From NCBI GenBank assembly GCA_963743175.1, contig CAVUOQ010000012.1, forward strand, positions 257,323 through 321,322: 64,000 bases of DNA, written 5' to 3'. Below the pieces are notes generated by a model. It ran no database searches, was not told where the DNA came from, and saw only the letters and a program-made list of their open reading frames with translations. Numbering within the stretch: the first letter of the stretch is position 1; the number at the start of each line of letters is the position of its first letter. Made by a program: the position numbers and the translations under genes. Positions 58,534 through 64,000 of the stretch are shown one piece after another. The stretch comes from an uncultured delta proteobacterium (GTDB lineage Bacteria; Desulfobacterota; Syntrophia; Syntrophales; Fen-1087).

Positions 58534-59673
58534 ATGTACGAGGAATATTTTTCAGAGGAGCATCATATTTTTCGGGCCAGCGTCCGCAAATTCGTGGAAA
58601 AGGAAATCAAACCCCACATCGATCACTGGGAGGACGAGGAACTTTTCCCCGTTGAACTTTATCGGAAATCCGCCGCTGCGGGCCTCCTGGGCCTGGAGTA
58701 TCCGGAAATCTATGGCGGCACGCCCTGTGATAAGTTCATGAATATCGTCTACACGGAAGAGATGATCGGAAGCGGGTCGGTCGGGCTGGTGGCCGGGTTG
58801 GGGAGCTACAGCATCGCCATGCCGCCCGTCCTGAATCTTGGCACGGAAGCACAGAAGCAGAAATTTCTCGTTCCCGTTCTGAAAGGCGAAAAAATTGCCG
58901 CCCTGGGCATCACGGAGCCTAACGCCGGCTCCGATGTCGCCAATATCCGGACGCGGGCCGTGCGCGACGGCGATGATTATATCGTCAACGGCGCCAAGAC
59001 CTTCATCACGAGCGGCTGTCGCGCCCATTTTGTCACGACCGCCGTGCGGACGGGCGGTCCCGGTTACAAGGGGGTGAGCCTGCTGATGATCGACACCTCC
59101 ACCCCTGGGTTTTCCGTCGCCAAAAAAATCCGGAAAATGGGCTGGAACGCCTCCGATACAGCCGAATTAAGCTTTGTGGATTGCCGCGTTCCCGCCGAGA
59201 ACATCCTGGGCGACGAGGGACAGGGATTTGTGGGCATCATGATAAACTTCCAGAATGAGCGCCTGGCTTTGGCCGTCATGGCCCATGCCGTGGCCGCGCT
59301 GGCCCTGGAGGAATCTATCCGGTACGCCAAAACCCGTGAAGCCTTCGGCCGGACCCTGAGCGGCTTCCAGGTCACGCGCCACAAGCTCGTGGACATGGCC
59401 ACAAAAGTCGAAGTGGCCCGGCAGTTCAACTACCGGGTCGCCGCAAAAATGCAGGCCGGCCAGGACGCGATCCGGGATGTTTCCATGGCGAAGAATTTTG
59501 CCTGCGAGGTCTGCGACAAGGTGGTCTATGACGCCGTCCAGATTCATGGCGGCTACGGCTACGCCCGCGAGTACATGGTCGAGCGGCTTTACCGGGATTC
59601 CCGTATCCTGAGCATCGGCGGGGGCACGACGGAAATCATGAAAGAGATCATCAGCAAGGTTTCCCGGTTCTGA
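58534..59673 (+). CDS. acyl-CoA dehydrogenase
   Basis: LGITEPNAGSDVA, FITSG, QIHGGYGY and GGGTTEIM. Start at MYEEYF after the RBS AGAGGGGA. Confidence 0.9.
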   Translation: MYEEYFSEEHHIFRASVRKFVEKEIKPHIDHWEDEELFPVELYRKSAAAGLLGLEYPEIYGGTPCDKFMNIVYTEEMIGSGSVGLVAGLGSYSIAMPPVLNLGTEAQKQKFLVPVLKGEKIAALGITEPNAGSDVANIRTRAVRDGDDYIVNGAKTFITSGCRAHFVTTAVRTGGPGYKGVSLLMIDTSTPGFSVAKKIRKMGWNASDTAELSFVDCRVPAENILGDEGQGFVGIMINFQNERLALAVMAHAVAALALEESIRYAKTREAFGRTLSGFQVTRHKLVDMATKVEVARQFNYRVAAKMQAGQDAIRDVSMAKNFACEVCDKVVYDAVQIHGGYGYAREYMVERLYRDSRILSIGGGTTEIMKEIISKVSRF

Positions 59674-59732
59674 TCCCCCTGCCCCGAATGATATAATATG
59701 ATCATACCGGGTTAGCGAGGTTCTAAAGGGCC

Positions 59733-60698
59733 ATGAAATGGAGGGGTAAGCGGACAGGGCTGGTTCTGGGCGGCGGCGGCGTCCGGGGATTTTCCCACAT
59801 CGGCGTATTGAAGATTCTTGAGCAGGAAAATATTTTCCCGGACGTTATCGTGGGTTCCAGCGCCGGGGCGCTCATCGGCGGGGCGTACGCGAGCGGCGCA
59901 TCCCCGAGAGAAATCGAAAGGCGCGTCGACGCCTACCTGAACTCTCCGGAGTTTAAATCCTCCGCCTTACGGTCGATCGGCTTGGCCATGATCCCCCATG
60001 ACCGAACCGCATGGGAAAAGACTCAGCAATTCATAACCCATCGGTATTACACGCTTCGTGGTTTGTTCAAACCGGCAGTTGTCTCCGTGAAGGATTTTCA
60101 GTCCCTCGTCAATTACTTCATTCCCGATATGGATATGCGCGACACCCGGATACCCTTTCATGCCGTCGCAACGGATCTGATCACGGGAGAAAAAATTGTC
60201 ATATCCGATGGTTCTTTGAGGCAGGCGGTTTTGGCCAGTTGCGCCGTCCCGGGTGCGGTCGAACCGGTTCGCATAGGGGAATGGCTGCTTGCCGACGGCG
60301 GGATCACAAGCCTGGCTCCCGTTCAGGTTGCCCGGCAGAAAGGGGCGGATGTCGTCATTGCCGTCGTGGTCGGACGTCATATCGATATGCAGGGGCCTTT
60401 TGAAACAGCCCAGGATGTTTTTTTCCGGGCCGGGGAAATAACCTCAGATAAACTTGAAGAAATAGAGCTCCGGGAAGCGGACGTCGTGATTCGGCCGAAC
60501 GTCGGCGGTCTGCACTGGATGGATTTTACAAGGGGAAAAGGCCTGATCCGGGAGGGCGAAATCGCTACCCGGAAAGCTCTGGATCAGATCTATGGGGCTC
60601 TGCCGCTGTACAAGCGGGTTTTGCGTTTCGCCAAACGATTCAAGTCCCGCAAAGATGAAAAAACGGACAAAAATCAGGAAGGGATTTCAGGGTCATAA
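59733..60698 (+). CDS. patatin-like phospholipase
   Basis: GGGGVRGF, GSSAG, and the DGG catalytic Asp region (LADGGI). Confidence 0.9.
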   Translation: MKWRGKRTGLVLGGGGVRGFSHIGVLKILEQENIFPDVIVGSSAGALIGGAYASGASPREIERRVDAYLNSPEFKSSALRSIGLAMIPHDRTAWEKTQQFITHRYYTLRGLFKPAVVSVKDFQSLVNYFIPDMDMRDTRIPFHAVATDLITGEKIVISDGSLRQAVLASCAVPGAVEPVRIGEWLLADGGITSLAPVQVARQKGADVVIAVVVGRHIDMQGPFETAQDVFFRAGEITSDKLEEIELREADVVIRPNVGGLHWMDFTRGKGLIREGEIATRKALDQIYGALPLYKRVLRFAKRFKSRKDEKTDKNQEGISGS

Positions 60699-60814
60699 TC
60701 TGCACTGCTTCAATGGGGGAAAATCCAAAACCATTGAATTATAATCATTGACGCAACAAAATTCATCCTGCTATAAGATAAGAAATTGAAAATAATAAGA
60801 ACTGGAGGTGGAAC

Positions 60815-61306
60815 ATGAGACGCTTTGAACTCACGGATGATCTGCTAACAGGGATTCAGGCCATAGATAGTCATCACCGAAGATTAATTGAACTTGGCAA
60901 TGCAGTTATTGACCCATCTGCAATCAAAGGGGATGCATTGAACTTTGAGGATGCACTCAAATTTCTTACCGACTATGTGATCTATCACTTTGCTGCAGAG
61001 GAGGATGTGATGGTTGAGTCCGGTTTCCCGCATTATGAAACGCATCGCCAATGGCATGAACGTTTTAAGCAGGATATTATGGAATACGCCAATCAAGCAA
61101 GGGTCGTAGGGGTGCCAAAAGACATCAAGCTAAGGATCTCGTTTGCTATAGAAAACTGGCTGCTGGAGCATATTCGAATTACAGATCGAAGTCTCGCTAA
61201 ATATCTTCAGGAACAGACAGGCGGCACTGATATACGTCTTTCCAGCATTCAAACCCTTAAGAAAAAAGGTAAACTTCCAGACACATTTAATGGGCGATTG
61301 AGTTAG
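60815..61306 (+). CDS. bacteriohemerythrin-like protein
   Basis: TGIQAIDSHHRRL, HFAAEE and HRQWHERF His/Glu ligand pattern. Confidence 0.85.
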   Translation: MRRFELTDDLLTGIQAIDSHHRRLIELGNAVIDPSAIKGDALNFEDALKFLTDYVIYHFAAEEDVMVESGFPHYETHRQWHERFKQDIMEYANQARVVGVPKDIKLRISFAIENWLLEHIRITDRSLAKYLQEQTGGTDIRLSSIQTLKKKGKLPDTFNGRLS

Positions 61307-61368
61307 ATCATATCAGGCGAGATAAAACAGCTCTTACTTTCCAACAATGTTAATTTGATGGACGAATC

Positions 61369-61774
61369 ATGTATCCGAAAATATCTGTGAAACTCGGAAA
61401 TCTCATCCCCTCCCTCTCAGACGCTTTGGATCTGGAGTTCCCTTCGCTTGCCATGCACCAGCAGCGCACGGCGTTTATCGCCTGGGAGCTGGCAAAACGG
61501 GCAAAGTTGGCGGAAAAAAGGATTCAGAACGTTTTCATTGCCGGATTACTTCACGACCATATTTACGGCGATAGCCGAGGATCGTCCTTATCGCAAGGGC
61601 ATGGGGGCAGAGCGCATTAAAGCAATCCTTCAAGGGCAGGCTGATCATGGCATCCAAGATCCACGCATCATCAAACTCTTGCTGGAGAACATTGAGGACG
61701 TGCGCAAGGCTGTAGCAGAAAGGCAGGGGCAGGCTCGACACGACTATCAGTCTGAGGTTGAGAAGTCAGAATAA
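61369..61774 (+). pseudogene. HD-GYP-domain remnant with internal deletion and frame change
   Basis: ORF 61369.. gives ..HQQRTAFIAWELAKRAKL..IAGLLHD. At about 61558 the sequence continues in frame +1 as IFTAIAEDRPYRKGMGAERIKAIL... The segment that normally carries HHE..GYP between these two parts is missing. Confidence 0.5.
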
Positions 61775-61838
61775 TTCCGGGAACACCAGATTGAAATCCG
61801 ATTACGAAATGCCATCCATCCTTCTAATGGGTGACCTT

Positions 61839-64000
61839 ATGAAAGATGATAAGAAGACAAAAAAGCAGCTCATAGATGAACTGACGGGATTACGCTCGCA
61901 AAATGCCGCGCTGGAAAAATCAGAAAGCGCAGAGAAATACCGGAGCCTGGTGGAAAACATCAGGGATGTCATCTATGAATTGGACAGTCAGGGGGTGGTC
62001 CTCTATATCAGTCCGGCTGTCAGGGATATGCTGGGATACAGCTCGGCTGAAATCGTCGGGAAGCACTTCACCGAGTTGGCGTATAAAGATGATCTGAGTC
62101 GTCTGGAAGAATGGTTTTCTGAACTCCGCAAAGGTAGAGAATCCCCATCTGAATATAGAGTCAGCGACAAATCCGGTGAGATCAAATGGGCGCAGACGAA
62201 AACCAGACCCATCATGGAAGACGGCCTGTTTAAGGGCGCCCGCGGAATACTCATAGACGTTACGGCCCAAAAGCGGATGGCTGAGGCGCTCTTGAAGAGT
62301 GAGGAGAAATTCAGGACCATTTTTGACAGGGCCAGTGACGGGATTCTGATTGCTGATCCTATAACAAAAAAATTTCTTCAGGGGAATACGACCATATGTT
62401 CCATGCTGGGATATACAAAAGAAGAGATTGAAAATCTTACCATCTGCGATATCCACCCACCGAAGGATATCTCCCGTGTTCTTGATGAGTTTAAAAAAAT
62501 GGTTATTGGGGAGATCGTTGTTGCCGAGGATCTGCCGGTATTGAGAAAAGACGGGTCCATCTTCTATGCCGATATAAGCGCTGCCCATACCACCCTTGGG
62601 GGAATAAATTATCTGATTGGCATCTTCCGCGACATCAGTGAGCGCAAAAAGGCGGAAGAAGTGCTGCGGGACAGCGAAGAGAAATATCGCAGCCTTATCG
62701 AGAATGCCAACGAGGCCATTTTTGTGGCTCAGGATGGCAAGCTGGTATTTCTCAATCCGATGACCGCCGGAATGACAGGTTACTCCACTAAGGAACTCAT
62801 GGCAAAGCCGTTTATTGAGTTCATTCATCCGGATGATCGGGAGATGGTTGTCGACCGGCATGTCAGGCGCATGAAGGGCGAGGGGCTTGCTCACCAATAT
62901 CCCTTCCGGATTATCCATAGAGACGGCAGCGTCAGGTCGGTTGAGCTGAACGCCGTATTGATAAATTGGAATGGAAAGGCCGCCACGCTGAATTTTATGA
63001 GTGACATCACCGACCGCAAGCGGGCGGAGGATGCACTGAAGGAAAGCGAGGAAAGATACCGGTCCATTCTGGAGGAGATCGAGGACGGTTATCAGGAGGT
63101 TGATCTTTCGGGTAACTTCACTTTTTTCAATAAATCCTTTCGCAAGATATTCGGGTACAGTGAAAATGAGCTGATGGGCTCGAACTTCCGGCGCTACGCC
63201 GCAGACGAAGAAAATGCCGACAAGGTCTATCGAGCCTACAATCAGATGTTCAAGACGGGAGATCCCCTCAAAAGATTTGAATGGGATATTATCACCAAGG
63301 CCGGCGCCAGAAGATCGATTGAATTTTTCGCCTCTCTGCTGCGGGATGGGGAAGGCCGTCGCCGGGGATTCCGGGGGATTGTCCGTGACGTCACCGATCG
63401 AAAAATTATGGAAGACCAATATCGGACGATGGCGAACAGTTCCCAGACCGGGGTCTATATTGTACAAGACGGCAAGCTGTGCTTTGTAAATCCACACATC
63501 CCGAACTACTCCGGCTATTCGGAAGAAGAGCTGATTGGTGAATGGACCATGCACTTTGTCTATCCCGACGATCGGGATATGGTCCGGAAAATGGCCGGGA
63601 AGATGCTTGCAGGAAATCTGACAGCCTCCTATGAATACCGGATCGTGGACAAGAACAACCAGGTCAAGTGGCTCATGGAAACAGTCACATCCATTTCCTA
63701 TAAGGGGAGATCGGCAGTCCTGGGCAACACGATGGATGTCACCGAGCGCAAGCAGGCTGAGGAAAACTTCAGGGAGACCCTTGAAAGGCTCAGGAAAGCG
63801 GTTGACGCGACCATTCAGGTCATGGTATCCGCTGTAGAGGCGAGAGACCCATACACGGCCGGTCACCAGATCCGGTCCGCGAATCTTGCCCGTGCCATTG
63901 CCACGGAGATGGGATTGCCCCAGGAGAAAATCGATGGAATCCGCATGGCAGGTTCCATTCATGACATTGGAAAATTGTCCATCCCCGCGGAGATATTGTC
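61839..64000 (+). CDS. multi-PAS signalling protein with C-terminal HD-GYP domain (3' end beyond window)
   Basis: Absent from the ORF track because no stop lies in the window. Hand translation from ATG 61839 (alternative 61827) is open to 64000. It shows repeated PAS linkers (SE(E)KYRSL.., DITDRKRAE.., DVTERKQAE..) and ends ..EARDPYTAGHQIRSANLARAIA..GSIHDIGKLSIPAEIL. Confidence 0.85.
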   Translation, partial: MKDDKKTKKQLIDELTGLRSQNAALEKSESAEKYRSLVENIRDVIYELDSQGVVLYISPAVRDMLGYSSAEIVGKHFTELAYKDDLSRLEEWFSELRKGRESPSEYRVSDKSGEIKWAQTKTRPIMEDGLFKGARGILIDVTAQKRMAEALLKSEEKFRTIFDRASDGILIADPITKKFLQGNTTICSMLGYTKEEIENLTICDIHPPKDISRVLDEFKKMVIGEIVVAEDLPVLRKDGSIFYADISAAHTTLGGINYLIGIFRDISERKKAEEVLRDSEEKYRSLIENANEAIFVAQDGKLVFLNPMTAGMTGYSTKELMAKPFIEFIHPDDREMVVDRHVRRMKGEGLAHQYPFRIIHRDGSVRSVELNAVLINWNGKAATLNFMSDITDRKRAEDALKESEERYRSILEEIEDGYQEVDLSGNFTFFNKSFRKIFGYSENELMGSNFRRYAADEENADKVYRAYNQMFKTGDPLKRFEWDIITKAGARRSIEFFASLLRDGEGRRRGFRGIVRDVTDRKIMEDQYRTMANSSQTGVYIVQDGKLCFVNPHIPNYSGYSEEELIGEWTMHFVYPDDRDMVRKMAGKMLAGNLTASYEYRIVDKNNQVKWLMETVTSISYKGRSAVLGNTMDVTERKQAEENFRETLERLRKAVDATIQVMVSAVEARDPYTAGHQIRSANLARAIATEMGLPQEKIDGIRMAGSIHDIGKLSIPAEIL

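Noticed and set aside
61920-63962. 680-codon ORF on the minus strand, the longest ORF in the track for this region
   Set aside because: Its translation has no recognisable motifs. The plus strand, in contrast, is open from 61839 to the window end and encodes clear PAS linkers and an HD-GYP domain. I treat the minus ORF as an antisense shadow ORF.

Overview
Chromosomal window of about 60 genes. Gene content suggests an anaerobic, acyl-CoA-oxidising deltaproteobacterium (Syntrophus/Smithella-like), but this is inference only because no search was possible.

Layout, left to right:
- uvrC (5' part) and uvrB on the minus strand.
- The conserved rpmH-rnpA-yidD-yidC-jag-mnmE block.
- A three-gene envelope lipoprotein cluster, then a patatin gene.
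- A minus-strand HDAC-Nudix-NRDE-Sir2 operon and a crotonase.
- A visibly AT-richer mosaic stretch (about 15.7-22.3 kb) with secreted/lipoprotein genes and gene remnants.
- A cdaA-ybbR fusion and corA.
- A sensor kinase / sigma-54 activator pair with a candidate sigma-54-dependent sRNA beside it.
- rarA.
- A stand-alone trpB2 preceded by a Trp-Trp-Trp leader peptide and an intrinsic terminator (attenuator).
- gpsA-like, hydrolase, MORN, usp, surE, PLD and FAD-oxidoreductase genes.
- A NusG paralogue followed by a four-subunit 2-oxoacid:ferredoxin oxidoreductase operon plus an ACT protein.
- An ArfB-like gene, a small AT-rich insert, tRNA-Arg(CCT), an SDR and a FabK-like gene.
- A TetR-headed acyl-CoA cluster: PHP, two thiolase-fold proteins that appear to lack the catalytic Cys/His, SCP2-DUF35, DUF35, BKACE and three acyl-CoA dehydrogenases.
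- A second patatin, a hemerythrin, an HD-GYP remnant, and the 5' part of a multi-PAS HD-GYP protein.

Cross-cutting signals:
1. Several families of long palindromic intergenic repeats. Family 1 has five copies of about 165 bp and family 2 has three copies of about 125 bp.
2. At least six single-nucleotide frame disruptions in well conserved genes (uvrB, yidC, jag twice, trpB2, OFOR beta). These more likely reflect consensus indel errors than true gene decay.

No CRISPR array, rRNA, transposase, integrase or recognisable defence system was seen.
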